Below, piece after piece: positions 44,157 through 53,992 of a stretch of 63,618 nt of DNA; the stretch's first letter is position 1; each line of letters opens with the position of its first letter. The translations under genes and the position numbers were made by a program. The stretch is taken from contig JANLYZ010000187.1 in assembly GCA_031365905.1 (NCBI GenBank), positions 1 to 63,618 of the forward strand, written 5' to 3'. This stretch comes from Chloracidobacterium sp. Its GTDB lineage: Bacteria > Acidobacteriota > Blastocatellia > Pyrinomonadales > Pyrinomonadaceae. The notes beneath the pieces are model-generated. The model was not told where the DNA came from. It was given only the letters and a program-made list of their open reading frames with translations, and did no database searches.

Positions 44157-44921
44157 TCAAACTCCAGCGCTCACTTCGGCGGGACGCTCCAACTCCATTT
44201 TGTTGGCGCCCGTTTCGGCAACCAGATTTGAAGCGCGCAGCAAGCTTTCAAACGTACCGGCGTCTGTCCACCAGCCATCGAGTTCTTCCCAGGTCATCTG
44301 TTCGCGTTGGATGTAAGCGTTGTTGACATCGGTGATTTCCAGTTCGCCGCGACCGGAGGGTTTCAACGTGCGAATGATGTCAAACACCTCGCCGTCGTAC
44401 ATATAGATTCCAATCACCGCATATTCGGATTTCGGCGCCGCCGGTTTCTCTTCGATGCGCACCACGTTCGGACCGCCAAGTTCGGGAACGCCAAAGCGTT
44501 CCGGATCCGGCACCTTCTTCAAAATTATCTTGGCTCCTTTGCCTTGCTCACGATAGGCGCGCACGGCGGCAGCGACGTTGCCCTCGATGATGTTGTCGCC
44601 GAGCACTACGCACACCGCCTCCTTGGCGGCGAAGTGTTCGACCAGCGAAAGCGCTTCGGCGATGCCGCCCTCGCCTTCCTGATAGGTGTAGTTGATATGC
44701 TTCAGACCGAAAGCTTTGCCGTTTCCCAACAGCTTAAGAAAGTCGCCGGCTGAATTGCCACCGGTAACAATCATGATGTCAGTGATGCCGGCGTTTACCA
44801 GCGTTTGGATCGGATAATAGATCATGGGCCGATCATAGACGGGAAGCAGGTGCTTATTGGTTACCGCGGTCAGCGGTCGCAAACGCGTTCCTAGTCCACC
44901 TGCTAAAACTACACCTTTCAC
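44157..44921 (-). CDS. rmlA: Glucose-1-phosphate thymidylyltransferase-like sugar nucleotidyltransferase (short, 254 aa)
   Basis: KGVVLAGGLGTRLRPLTAVTNKHLLPVYDRPMIYYPIQTL, VLGDNI, EEKPAAPKSEYAVIGIYMYD and GELEITDVN align by eye with RmlA. It lacks the usual C-terminal tail. GTG start with a GGAGGTGA RBS. Confidence 0.7.
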   Translation of the reverse strand: MKGVVLAGGLGTRLRPLTAVTNKHLLPVYDRPMIYYPIQTLVNAGITDIMIVTGGNSAGDFLKLLGNGKAFGLKHINYTYQEGEGGIAEALSLVEHFAAKEAVCVVLGDNIIEGNVAAAVRAYREQGKGAKIILKKVPDPERFGVPELGGPNVVRIEEKPAAPKSEYAVIGIYMYDGEVFDIIRTLKPSGRGELEITDVNNAYIQREQMTWEELDGWWTDAGTFESLLRASNLVAETGANKMELERPAEVSAGV

Positions 44922-44944
44922 TCGATCACCTCCGTATTTTGTCC

Positions 44945-45013
44945 GTAGTCAGTGATCAGTAGTCAGAGGTCCAAAAATCGGGGACCGACTACTGACCACT
45001 GACGACTGACTAC
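44945..45013. repeat. 69-nt imperfect palindrome rich in GTCAG/CTGAC units
   Basis: gtagtcagtgatcagtagtcagaggtcc ... ggaccgactactgaccactgacgactgactac. The arms pair with a few bulges. It starts directly after the asnB-like stop (45014) and ends 23 nt before the next start, and that gap holds the RBS. Confidence 0.8.
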
Positions 45014-46894
45014 CTAATCAATAAATCTCTGGAACCACAACTCCAGCATCAGCAAAGTCCATAGCTGATGCGCATAATCTCGTTCGCCGCGCGTGTGCAA
45101 CTCAACCAAGCGCTTGACCTCTTCCGGTTTGAAGAGGCCACGATTCAACGACGCTTCGGCGAGCAGCGTCTCGCGAAGAAATGGTTGCAGCTTGCCACGA
45201 AACCAATGGCCAATCGGCACGCCGAAGCCCATCTTGCGGCGATTCAGATTCTCCGCCGGCAGAAGCTTCCCGAGTATTCGTTTCAACAGGTACTTCGTTG
45301 TCATGCCGCGCAGTTTGTATTTCTCCGGTAGGCTCGCCGCAAACTCGATAACCTTATGATCGAGAAAAGGCGAACGCGCCTCTAGTGAGTTGGCCATGGT
45401 AGCAATGTCGACTTTCACCAGCAGATCGTTGGGCAAGTACGTCATGATGTCGGTCAGCAACGCTGCATCGACAATGCCTGAACCGTTCGCGCGAGCAAAC
45501 CACGGGTCGAGCACAGCGGCCGCTGAGACGTTCTGAGTTTGCCGCGTGAAATTGTCTGTCAACAAATCCTGTTTCGCTTCCGTATCAAAGACGCTGACCC
45601 AACGTAGATAGCGTTCAACCTTCGGCAACGATGCGGCCTGAAGAAAACGTTTCACATCGCGCACGCGACTGCGCTTCGTTTCCGATGACGGCATTAACTC
45701 GATCGCTTGCCTGACAACGGACTCGCGCAGCAATGCCGGAACGCGACGATACCGTTCAGCCAGTCGCATTGCCGCATAACGTTCATAACCCGCAAACGAT
45801 TCATCGCCGCCATCGCCATTCAAAGCGACAGTCACATGCCGGCGCGTTTCGCGCGCGACGTAGAAAGTGGGAATGGCCGATGAATCTGCGTAAGGTTCGC
45901 CGTAGTGTTCCACCAGAATTGGCAAAACTTCAAGCGCGTCAGGACGAACTATGAACTCGTGATGATCCGCGCCCACGTGTTCGGCAACGCGACGCGCATG
46001 ATGCAACTCGCTGAAGTCCTGTTCTTCAAAACCGATCGAGAAGGTTTTTACCGGCGTGCTCGATTCCTCGGCCATCAGCGCTACCACGGCGCTCGAATCG
46101 ATCCCGCCGGAAAGAAAAGCGCCTAGCGGCACTTCCGACATCAGGCGTACCTTCACCGCGTCGCGCAATATTTCGATCGTGCGTTCGCCCGCTTCCTGTT
46201 CGCTTATATCCAGTTTTTTTGAAAAGTCCGGCTGCCAGTAGCGTTCGATCTTTAGTTCGCCCTTTCGGTAGCGCAGGCTGTGGCCCGGCTCAAGCTTTCT
46301 AATCGCGCGGTAAGCGGTGAGCGGCGCTGGCACACACATAAAAGAGAGATACTGGTTGAGCGCCTCGAAGTCGACGTCTTTAGGAAGGTCCGGATGCTGC
46401 AAGAGAGCGCTAAATTCTGAGCCGAAAACGAACTGGCCATTAACCTGCGCGTAAAGCAAAGGCTTCTTACCCACGCGATCGCGCGCAATGAACAGCTCCT
46501 CGGTACGTTCGTCCCAAATCGCGAAGGCAAACATGCCGCGCAGATGGTTGGGACAGTCGGCGCCATACTGATCGTAGGCGTGGACAATCGCTTCGGTGTC
46601 GCTGTTGGTATAAAACGTGTGGCCGAGTTTCTCGAGTTTGTCTCGGAGGCGGCGGTAGTTGTAAATCTCGCCGTTGAAAACGATCCAGGCGGTGCGATCC
46701 TGATTGTGGATAGGCTGTTGACCGCTCTTTAGATCGATAATCGCGAGCCGACGCATCCCGAGGCCAACCATGCCATTGAAGTAAAACCCATCCTCGTCCG
46801 GTCCACGATGGGTGATGGCAGCGCACATCCGACCGACCAGAGATTGGTCAACGTCTGACTTGTCACTTCGAACTATGCCGACAATTCCACACAT
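45014..46894 (-). CDS. asnB: Asparagine synthase (glutamine-hydrolysing) family amidotransferase, second canonical copy
   Basis: MCGIVGIV N-terminus (start set at the ATG at 46894 so that Cys is residue 2) and GAFLSGGIDSS PP-loop. The track start at 47023 overlaps the upstream gene. Confidence 0.85.
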   Translation of the reverse strand: MCGIVGIVRSDKSDVDQSLVGRMCAAITHRGPDEDGFYFNGMVGLGMRRLAIIDLKSGQQPIHNQDRTAWIVFNGEIYNYRRLRDKLEKLGHTFYTNSDTEAIVHAYDQYGADCPNHLRGMFAFAIWDERTEELFIARDRVGKKPLLYAQVNGQFVFGSEFSALLQHPDLPKDVDFEALNQYLSFMCVPAPLTAYRAIRKLEPGHSLRYRKGELKIERYWQPDFSKKLDISEQEAGERTIEILRDAVKVRLMSEVPLGAFLSGGIDSSAVVALMAEESSTPVKTFSIGFEEQDFSELHHARRVAEHVGADHHEFIVRPDALEVLPILVEHYGEPYADSSAIPTFYVARETRRHVTVALNGDGGDESFAGYERYAAMRLAERYRRVPALLRESVVRQAIELMPSSETKRSRVRDVKRFLQAASLPKVERYLRWVSVFDTEAKQDLLTDNFTRQTQNVSAAAVLDPWFARANGSGIVDAALLTDIMTYLPNDLLVKVDIATMANSLEARSPFLDHKVIEFAASLPEKYKLRGMTTKYLLKRILGKLLPAENLNRRKMGFGVPIGHWFRGKLQPFLRETLLAEASLNRGLFKPEEVKRLVELHTRGERDYAHQLWTLLMLELWFQRFID

Positions 46895-46934
46895 ACTGAT
46901 TAGCGCGGCGAACACTTTGCGTGCCCCAGGAAAG

Positions 46935-48317
46935 TCACCGCTTGCTGAGTCGCTGGCGCTCCTCTTCATGTAGTCGCTTACGTTCCTCGCGCTTTTCCTT
47001 GATAAGCACGAAGCCAACCGCAACGAAGATAAAATAGAACACGAGCACCTGGGCGCGCTGGCGGTAAGCTGTTCCTACGTTGCCCTGAAACACCGAATAG
47101 GCCAGCGTAAGCATTACGGCGAAAATCAGAATCGGCGACGCCATTCGCAAACGATACTTGATGGTAAACCATAACCCCAGAACCAGCAGCGGAAATGAAA
47201 CCCACCAAATAATCATCTCCGGCAGTGTGATGCTTTGACGCAGAGAAGTGATCTGCCACGGGAACGGCGCGAACAGCAAATAGACTATGCCCACCGGAAT
47301 CGTAGAAAGCGCGCCGGACGTACTCGAGACATCGACGTCTCGGCCAAAACCGGATTCGGCAGAAACCGCTTGATCCTGACGGCTGCGCTGCACTTGTTCC
47401 AAGTTCCCATAATGCTCAAATTGAATACTGGCTGAGCGAGTTACACCCACGTAAGTCAAAGCCAGACCAAGCAGGATAACGGCGGAAAACTGGCGCGCGA
47501 AACTAGTCGCCGAAACCTGCTGCATGCCGATGATGAAGGCGCCGGCAATGGCGACGCAGATCATGTAGAACACATAGAACCGCAAAGCCAGCAGCGCTAT
47601 CAGCGCCCCAAGCAATATCAAGATGTATTTTAGTGAAAGCTTTTCACCCAGCCGCAGTGTGGCCAGGATCGCGATCGCGAGAAAGAAAACGATCGGGCCG
47701 TCTTTTAGTCCTTGCGAAGACCAGAGCACGAGCGACGGATAGAAGGCTACGGCTATGCCCGCGAGGCGCGCCACTCGCGAATTCTGGAAGACCTGCTGGG
47801 CGCATAAGTAAATCACCACCGCCGTCGCCGCGCCAAAGACGGCATTCACTAGTTGGACCGCCAGCATGTTGCGCCCAGTCAACCCATAAACCGCGGCCAC
47901 CAGGTAAACCATCCCCCACCCCGAACCTTCGCCGCTGCGCACAAATAGATTAGCGATCGATTGGTAATACTTGTCGCCGGCCCATCCCAACATCTGCGCG
48001 TTGCCGTAGAAGTCGTAGGTTATAGCGTCGCCGCCAAAAAAGTCCTGACCGCGAAAGGCGAAGATTGCGAGGCCAATAACGATTCGCGTGATCAAGCCGG
48101 CAACGAATAACCGCAAGAGAAAAGGGCCATCGATCTCACGCTTGTGAGCGTAGAAGCCCGCGACCGTCGCGAGCGCAGTACAAAGCAGAACAGCTTTGGC
48201 GGCGTCGAAGCCGGTGAAGTTTCCGTAGGAGCTCGCGTACGGAGCCACCAGAGTTGGCACGAAGATCACAATGCCAACGCACAGGAGCAGATAAAGCAAA
48301 GTTAAGACAGCGTTCAT
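46935..48317 (-). CDS. Polytopic membrane protein, GT-C-like (ArnT/PMT_2-like) glycosyltransferase candidate
   Basis: About 11 TM segments, a first periplasmic loop with FFGGDAITYDFYG, and a Lys/Arg/Glu-rich cytoplasmic tail. Fold-family assignment is by eye only. Confidence 0.4.
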   Translation of the reverse strand: MNAVLTLLYLLLCVGIVIFVPTLVAPYASSYGNFTGFDAAKAVLLCTALATVAGFYAHKREIDGPFLLRLFVAGLITRIVIGLAIFAFRGQDFFGGDAITYDFYGNAQMLGWAGDKYYQSIANLFVRSGEGSGWGMVYLVAAVYGLTGRNMLAVQLVNAVFGAATAVVIYLCAQQVFQNSRVARLAGIAVAFYPSLVLWSSQGLKDGPIVFFLAIAILATLRLGEKLSLKYILILLGALIALLALRFYVFYMICVAIAGAFIIGMQQVSATSFARQFSAVILLGLALTYVGVTRSASIQFEHYGNLEQVQRSRQDQAVSAESGFGRDVDVSSTSGALSTIPVGIVYLLFAPFPWQITSLRQSITLPEMIIWWVSFPLLVLGLWFTIKYRLRMASPILIFAVMLTLAYSVFQGNVGTAYRQRAQVLVFYFIFVAVGFVLIKEKREERKRLHEEERQRLSKR

Positions 48318-48352
48318 GTTCCTAGAAGCTTCCGCTCAGACCAGCGAACAGA

Positions 48353-49078
48353 TCAAACATCGTCCGGCAAATCCAGGCGCGTCTTTCGTTCTATCAAGAA
48401 TCGATCTTCCTCGCTCAACTCCTTGACGGGCTTGGCCGGCACGCCGGCAATCAAAAAACCTTCCGCCGAAAGCTCGCTGGTAATTACGGAACCAATCCCC
48501 ACGATACATTTCGAAGGCACCGAGCCGCCGGGCGCGATCCTGATTTCTGATCCGATGTAGGCGAAGGAACCGACATCGATCGGACGCGTGCGCTGGCGGT
48601 TGTGCGTCCAGAGCGAAGAATTGCGTCCGCCCAGAATCGACCGCCGGCCAATGGTCACGCGATCTGTAAAATCGATCTTGTGTCCAGCAGTAATAATGCT
48701 GCCGGCGCCCAACGTGAATCGCGGATCAATCGGATTAACTACATCAGGTTCGGGCATGGAATTAATCTCATTCATGCGAATGATCTCGGAGTAGCGTCCG
48801 AGGTGTACTTCATCGCCACCCCTAATGATGTTCAAGTGTCCGATCCTTACGTGGTCATCAATACCGAGCTGCTTCAGTCTAACCATCAAATTAAGGTGAC
48901 CAATGCGCACGTCATCGTCGATCCGGCATTCACGTGCGTCGATGATGCTTAGTCCGATGCGCACTCGCTTGCCGATTTGGTAACCAAAAAACCAGCGATA
49001 GCAGCAACGCTTCAGAAACGAAGGCAACAACGCGATGAGCGCGAGCACGGTCAATCGGGATTTGCTTAAACGTTGCAT
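48353..49078 (-). CDS. Hexapeptide-repeat (LbH) acyl/acetyltransferase, WcaF-like
   Basis: Repeated [LIV]-G-x4 units (VRIGLSI, VRIGHLNLMV, VRIGHLNIIRGG, VTIGRRSILGG, AYIGSEIRIAPGG) with an N-terminal hydrophobic segment. Confidence 0.75.
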   Translation of the reverse strand: MQRLSKSRLTVLALIALLPSFLKRCCYRWFFGYQIGKRVRIGLSIIDARECRIDDDVRIGHLNLMVRLKQLGIDDHVRIGHLNIIRGGDEVHLGRYSEIIRMNEINSMPEPDVVNPIDPRFTLGAGSIITAGHKIDFTDRVTIGRRSILGGRNSSLWTHNRQRTRPIDVGSFAYIGSEIRIAPGGSVPSKCIVGIGSVITSELSAEGFLIAGVPAKPVKELSEEDRFLIERKTRLDLPDDV

Positions 49079-49085
49079 GCGCGAA

Positions 49086-50192
49086 CTAGTTTGTCCTTCC
49101 GCGGCCGGCCGCTTCTTGTATGGCGCGCGCGAGTTTGTCAGCTTGATCCGCGAGCGAGTAGTGTGTGACTACGTGCCTGCGTCCCGCGGCGCCCATGGTC
49201 TCACGCAGTTGCGAATCGGCAAGCAGCAACTCCAGACGTTGAAACCACTCTGCGTCAGTTGTCGCCGCGAAGTGTGTTAAGCCGGCTTCACCGATTTCCG
49301 CCATCGCACCTACCGGGGCGGCTACAAATGGAATACCAACTGCCATGTATTGAATCGCTTTGAAGCCTGACTTTCCCGCGGCCCACTTTTCCGCATACAA
49401 AGACGGATCAATCGGATAAAGCCCAACATCAAAAGATTGAAAGTCCGCGACTTCCCTTTCCATTCTCCATTCCAGGTTTTCAACCTCGACACCGGTAATG
49501 CTCACCGCGCTATTGCCCGCGCCCACCACCTTCAGCTTGAAGCGATGCGTTTTCGCCAAGCTCTGCAACACCGGGAAAATCGCTTGAAGATAGGGGAACG
49601 TCGAGTGGGTGCCAATCCAGCCCAGGACCAGTTGACCATCTGTCGTCCGGGGCCGCGGCGCAAACACATCGGTGTCAACCACAGTCGGAATTATTCGCGC
49701 CACCGCGCCTCTGCTTTCCACATACTCAGCAATCGCACGGTTGCCACAGGTAACCACCTTGGCCCAACGTATCAGGTCGTCAGTTTTCTGAAACCATTTC
49801 AAGGCCCGGCCAAACTTGCCATAGGTTGGGCTAGTATAGGGAACGTAGGTAGCATCATCCAAATCGAGCACTAGCGGACGTTTGAAGACGCGCGCCGCCA
49901 GCCATTCAAAAACCGGTGGACCAAAGATCATTGCTTCACGTTGCACTAACACTACGTCAGACTGTTTCAATAATCGGATTACGCCGAGGCGCATTAGCGT
50001 GGATTTCAACATGGTCAACGCCGAGCGGGGCAAGGCACGACGCTGATAGAGCGTTCGGAAAGTTGCTGAGCTGATGAACGGGCTGACAGTGAGACTTAGA
50101 CCCTGCTTTGCGAGCGGAGCGACAAACTGCTGCAAGCGATACCGGGTACCCGCGGCTTCCACGGGATATGACGCCAACCCCAGAACTTTCAT
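49086..50192 (-). CDS. Glycosyltransferase family 4
   Basis: GT-B C-terminal core GKSGFKAIQYMAVGIPFVAAPVGAMAEI. Confidence 0.75.
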   Translation of the reverse strand: MKVLGLASYPVEAAGTRYRLQQFVAPLAKQGLSLTVSPFISSATFRTLYQRRALPRSALTMLKSTLMRLGVIRLLKQSDVVLVQREAMIFGPPVFEWLAARVFKRPLVLDLDDATYVPYTSPTYGKFGRALKWFQKTDDLIRWAKVVTCGNRAIAEYVESRGAVARIIPTVVDTDVFAPRPRTTDGQLVLGWIGTHSTFPYLQAIFPVLQSLAKTHRFKLKVVGAGNSAVSITGVEVENLEWRMEREVADFQSFDVGLYPIDPSLYAEKWAAGKSGFKAIQYMAVGIPFVAAPVGAMAEIGEAGLTHFAATTDAEWFQRLELLLADSQLRETMGAAGRRHVVTHYSLADQADKLARAIQEAAGRGRTN

Positions 50193-50275
50193 AAAAGTGT
50201 TTGCTGTTTGATAAGCAACAACTAACCCCGCCCTAGCAGGCTTCTGAAAGACTCGTTCGTATGCCGAACACCAAC

Positions 50276-50377
50276 ATTTGGAGTGCGGCGGCAGCGACGC
50301 CGCTTTGGATTCTTTAGGTTTTCAGGTTTCACCAATCGAAAGCGGCGTCGCGCTACGCTTGCCGCCGCACTCCAAAT
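50276..50377. repeat. Long REP-like hairpin (18-nt perfect outer stem plus 13-nt inner stem, 8-nt bulge)
   Basis: atttggagtgcggcggca (50276..50293) pairs with tgccgccgcactccaaat (50360..50377). gcgacgccgcttt (50294..50306) pairs with aaagcggcgtcgc (50339..50351). ctgttttt follows on the plus strand. Confidence 0.85.
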
Positions 50378-50395
50378 CTGTTTTTCAGCATCCTG

Positions 50396-51676
50396 CTAGC
50401 TGTGGTTCGCCGCGCGCTCCGCCAATCGCTCATACAAGCGCCGATATCTTTTTCTTCCCACGCCCACCAGATCAAATTCCTGGCGCGCCACTTCCTGCAG
50501 TCGAGCTGACAGATCAGCTTCGCGCCTCAGGAGATCGATTTCATTCAAGGCTTTCAAATACGCCTGCCGTGTAAACTCGTGCAACAAAGCGCCGGCGTTC
50601 TTCTCTTCAATCAGTTTGTCGAGATCACCAACGCGCGCGTTGCAAACTATCGGCAGTCCACTCGCGAGGTATTCGGCTATCTTGGTGGGTGACGACGCCT
50701 GCTTGGAATAGCACGGCTTGATAAACGAGATGGCGATGTCTGCCGCCTTGAGATAACGCGGCACTGCGCCGGGCCCGACTTCGGTCACCAGGAAATTCTG
50801 CGGTTCAATACCCATGCTCGTCATTCGTTCCACAACCATCTGCCGCGGGCTCTGCGTCAGGATCAGCGAAAACGTTTGCGGATCCTGCTCGTGTGCGACT
50901 GCTAAAAACTTCGTCGTCTCATCCGTCAGATACCAGCCGCCGAACGAGCCAACGTAAACGATCACGCGCCGGTTCGTTAACTCTAATTCCTCGCGCAAAG
51001 ACTCCCTGGAAGTCTCAGCGACGGTTTCAAACCGCTCGAAATCAACGCAGCACGGAATCACTTCAATCGGGCGGCCCTGCCTGTCCGCGTCGGTGGAACC
51101 AGGAAACACGAGCTCGCGTGCCTTCTCCGTCAACAACACAAACGCGTCGGAAGTGCGCAGCAGATAGCGCTCAACGCGCTTCAGTCCGCGATAGAGATAA
51201 CCATTCTCGGGCCAAACGCCAGCGTCCGTGTATTCTTCGGGCATGAAGCCGCGGATGTCAAAAACCGTCTGCGCGCGCTTGAATTTTTTCGCGATAGCGC
51301 CCATCGCCGCCGGCACATGGTTGCGCGCATGCAGGACGCTGACGCCTTCCCGTCGCATTATTTCGAGTATCGTCCAGGCACCGGCAACCATGTCGTAAAT
51401 CGTGGCCGGCAGCGACGGCCATTTGTGATATTTCCGGAAGTGCCAGGAGATTCCTTCGGCCGCCAGCGCCGCGCGCTGTTTGGCAAGTTCATCTGTGGTC
51501 CAGGTTTCTTTGAAGCGTGGCTCGAAAGTCAGTAGGCTGACTTTAACGCTGTCGGATTGCAACTGTCTTAGATAAGGAAGAACTTGCGTCTGAACCAGTG
51601 GCTCTCGCAAACCGAAGTAACAAATGTAAAGAGTGCGCACAGGCTTCATAGCTGACTGTTCATCAATGCTTTCCAC
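50396..51676 (-). CDS. Glycosyltransferase family 4
   Basis: SSPTKIAEYLASGLPIVCNARVGDLDKLI. Start ambiguous (GTG at 51676 or ATG at 51649). Confidence 0.75.
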   Translation of the reverse strand: MESIDEQSAMKPVRTLYICYFGLREPLVQTQVLPYLRQLQSDSVKVSLLTFEPRFKETWTTDELAKQRAALAAEGISWHFRKYHKWPSLPATIYDMVAGAWTILEIMRREGVSVLHARNHVPAAMGAIAKKFKRAQTVFDIRGFMPEEYTDAGVWPENGYLYRGLKRVERYLLRTSDAFVLLTEKARELVFPGSTDADRQGRPIEVIPCCVDFERFETVAETSRESLREELELTNRRVIVYVGSFGGWYLTDETTKFLAVAHEQDPQTFSLILTQSPRQMVVERMTSMGIEPQNFLVTEVGPGAVPRYLKAADIAISFIKPCYSKQASSPTKIAEYLASGLPIVCNARVGDLDKLIEEKNAGALLHEFTRQAYLKALNEIDLLRREADLSARLQEVARQEFDLVGVGRKRYRRLYERLAERAANHS

Positions 51677-51693
51677 TCAAGCGATTGCGACGC

Positions 51694-51722
51694 GTAGGGG
51701 CACGGGCAGGCCGTGTCCCTAC
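51694..51722. other. Intercistronic 12-bp stem-loop overlapping a stop codon
   Basis: gtaggggcacgg-gcagg-ccgtgtccctac (1 mismatch). The right arm contains the GT2 stop (51719..51721), and the next gene starts at 51676 or 51649. Confidence 0.7.
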
Positions 51723-52699
51723 TGTGCTAGGCGAGCTGATGCAGTTTTATCCTTCACCGCCCATTGTATCGTACCGATGATTGTCGCCGCGTCCAGCATC
51801 GCGAGCAGCGCTATTAGTAACAGCAGGCGCATCGTGTTTTTAAAGAGACCACCGGGATAACAAACACGATTGCGCCAGATCGCAACGAGTGCACGGGCCG
51901 CCAACAGCAACAACCAAAGCGCGAGTGTGACGAACAACCATCTGGCTCCAAACCAAAACATTGGCAGGGCGGAAGCCACGAGCAGCGCGTAGCGTTTGAA
52001 TATCGCGGCCTGCCACTGTCGCCACAAGCCCGCCCTCATGTTGTTGCGCGCGTAAGTGACGAAGCGCTTGAAGGTCCCCCAGGGAGTCGCTTGCAAGTGC
52101 CAATGAACCAAGGCCTCGGGCGCGTTAACAACCCGAAACCCCGCCCGTTCAATCTCATTCATGAACAAAATATCTTCAGCAGATCGCAAATCTTCGGCGA
52201 AGCCACCTACCTGCTCCCAGACGCTGCGTCGCATCAGCGCGGAAACTATCGAGCGCGGGCGAATCAGTTTGCCGTCAAACTTTTGTGGCGGACTGATAGT
52301 GGCCATTGCCACGCACTGTTTGAACAGCGTGTCGACGATTGGTTCAAATGTCCCGTAGACCACATCAACATCTTCATCCGCCGCGGCCGGTACGGCGAGT
52401 TGTTCCAACCAGTCCGGCTCCGGTTCCACTCCGGCATCGATGAACGCCAGCCAATCATTCACTGCCTGCGCGGCGGCAAGATTACGAGCGCGGCCGGGCA
52501 AGGCTGCATCCGCTCGCACCAAACGAATGGGCACGCTCGTTTGATCGTAGGCTTCGACAATCGCTGCGGTTCGATCAGTGGAACCGGCATCAGTGATAAC
52601 AATTTCAGACGGCTTCACGGTCTGACTCGTCAGACTACTGAGGAGCTGAACGATCGACTCCTGCTCGTTACGCGCTGGGATGATGACGCTGATGTTCAC
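51719..52699 (-). CDS. Glycosyltransferase family 2 with a C-terminal TM region
   Basis: MNISVIIPARNEQESIVQLLSSLTSQTVKPSEIVITDAGSTDRT and FIDAG. Confidence 0.85.
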   Translation of the reverse strand: MNISVIIPARNEQESIVQLLSSLTSQTVKPSEIVITDAGSTDRTAAIVEAYDQTSVPIRLVRADAALPGRARNLAAAQAVNDWLAFIDAGVEPEPDWLEQLAVPAAADEDVDVVYGTFEPIVDTLFKQCVAMATISPPQKFDGKLIRPRSIVSALMRRSVWEQVGGFAEDLRSAEDILFMNEIERAGFRVVNAPEALVHWHLQATPWGTFKRFVTYARNNMRAGLWRQWQAAIFKRYALLVASALPMFWFGARWLFVTLALWLLLLAARALVAIWRNRVCYPGGLFKNTMRLLLLIALLAMLDAATIIGTIQWAVKDKTASARLAQ

Positions 52700-52709
52700 T
52701 AGCAGTGGG

Positions 52710-53915
52710 TCAGTTCAGTTTGTCGAGGTTCTCGTTCATGGCGGCAGCAACTTCAAAATAGCCGTGGACATTAGGATGACTTTCCGTGCTCGTCGGATAG
52801 ATACGCTCGCCTTGCTCGAGAGCCCGAACCAGATACGGCAAAGCGTCAACGCACCTGATGTGTTTTTCCTGACAGGTTGAAATGATTTGTGAACGCACGC
52901 GGCCTTCGTTGTCCACCAACTTCTGATAGGTTTGATCCGGATTGACCTTCCCGCTTTGACTTTGAGAAGAAGCGTAAACAACTTCTTTCGTCGGCAGCAA
53001 CAGCACGACGAGCTTGGCGTGACCGGCTTCCGTGTCAATCTGCATTTCCGCAAGCAGCGCCCGCGTGATTCTTAGTCCCTCGGTAATACGCGGCTCATCG
53101 AGATCTTCTCCGGCGAGCCGGTATGCGGGTGTGAACACGGTTTCTCTACCGGGCGATTCGCAAACGGCGCCCCGATCAGGATGGGCAACTGCCCAGCGTT
53201 TGTCGATCTCGTAATCAACATCCTGCGCGCCCGGCCACAGATGGGTGCGGTTCAGCAAGCGCCCGATCGCGAGATGTTCTCGCAGCCAAAAACTCAAACC
53301 GGAAAAACTCGCGCGCCCATACGTGGCGTGGAATTGCTTCTCATCATTCCAGAGTGCGGTGGCCTTGGCGCCAACTGTATCCGCGCTAAGATCCCCGGCC
53401 GCGCTGCTACGAAGATCTCGATGGGCGTCATACTGGTAGGCCATATTGTAGGCGTCGTAAATGTCGTTTCCGAGGTAAAGGCCAACCACAATGGTTTTGG
53501 GAGTGAGACGAAGCGCCTGGGGCACAAGAAATTTGTACTGGACAGGACCAAAGCCGCCGAGGCCCATGTTGTAGACAGTGCGTCCGGATAATTTCGACAA
53601 CTGCTGCGGCCAGGCGTCTTGTCTGCCGGCGTTGACGCCCCACGTTTGCGAATCACCGATGGCGACGACATCCGCATGCTGCGGCACCGCGTCGTTGCGA
53701 AATCCATTCGCATCATGGCCGCGTGTAAACGGCGCCAGTTTTTTTCCCAACACGGGATCGGCAATCAACTTATCTTCGATTGCCCGGTCACCAAGCTGGC
53801 TTCGCTCAACCACGCGCAGCACTCCTTCGGCAACCACCAAACTAAAAAGGAGAGCACCGAGAGCGAGCAGAACTCGATAAAAACGAATCCTTGTTTTTGG
53901 TGAACTGGTTTCCAC
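52710..53915 (-). CDS. SGNH/GDSL-type hydrolase (AlgX/AlgJ-like esterase or O-acyltransferase candidate)
   Basis: Block I VVAIGDSQTWG, block II NMGLGGFG, block III LYLGNDIYD, and a C-terminal ESHPNVHGY. N-terminal TM anchor. Confidence 0.65.
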   Translation of the reverse strand: METSSPKTRIRFYRVLLALGALLFSLVVAEGVLRVVERSQLGDRAIEDKLIADPVLGKKLAPFTRGHDANGFRNDAVPQHADVVAIGDSQTWGVNAGRQDAWPQQLSKLSGRTVYNMGLGGFGPVQYKFLVPQALRLTPKTIVVGLYLGNDIYDAYNMAYQYDAHRDLRSSAAGDLSADTVGAKATALWNDEKQFHATYGRASFSGLSFWLREHLAIGRLLNRTHLWPGAQDVDYEIDKRWAVAHPDRGAVCESPGRETVFTPAYRLAGEDLDEPRITEGLRITRALLAEMQIDTEAGHAKLVVLLLPTKEVVYASSQSQSGKVNPDQTYQKLVDNEGRVRSQIISTCQEKHIRCVDALPYLVRALEQGERIYPTSTESHPNVHGYFEVAAAMNENLDKLN

Positions 53916-53992
53916 TGCTACGAGAGAATCCCGGGAATTAGGAGGGCAATCCAGTAGAAGGTGTCGGCAAAGACTCCGGGCACGGTGGCTCC

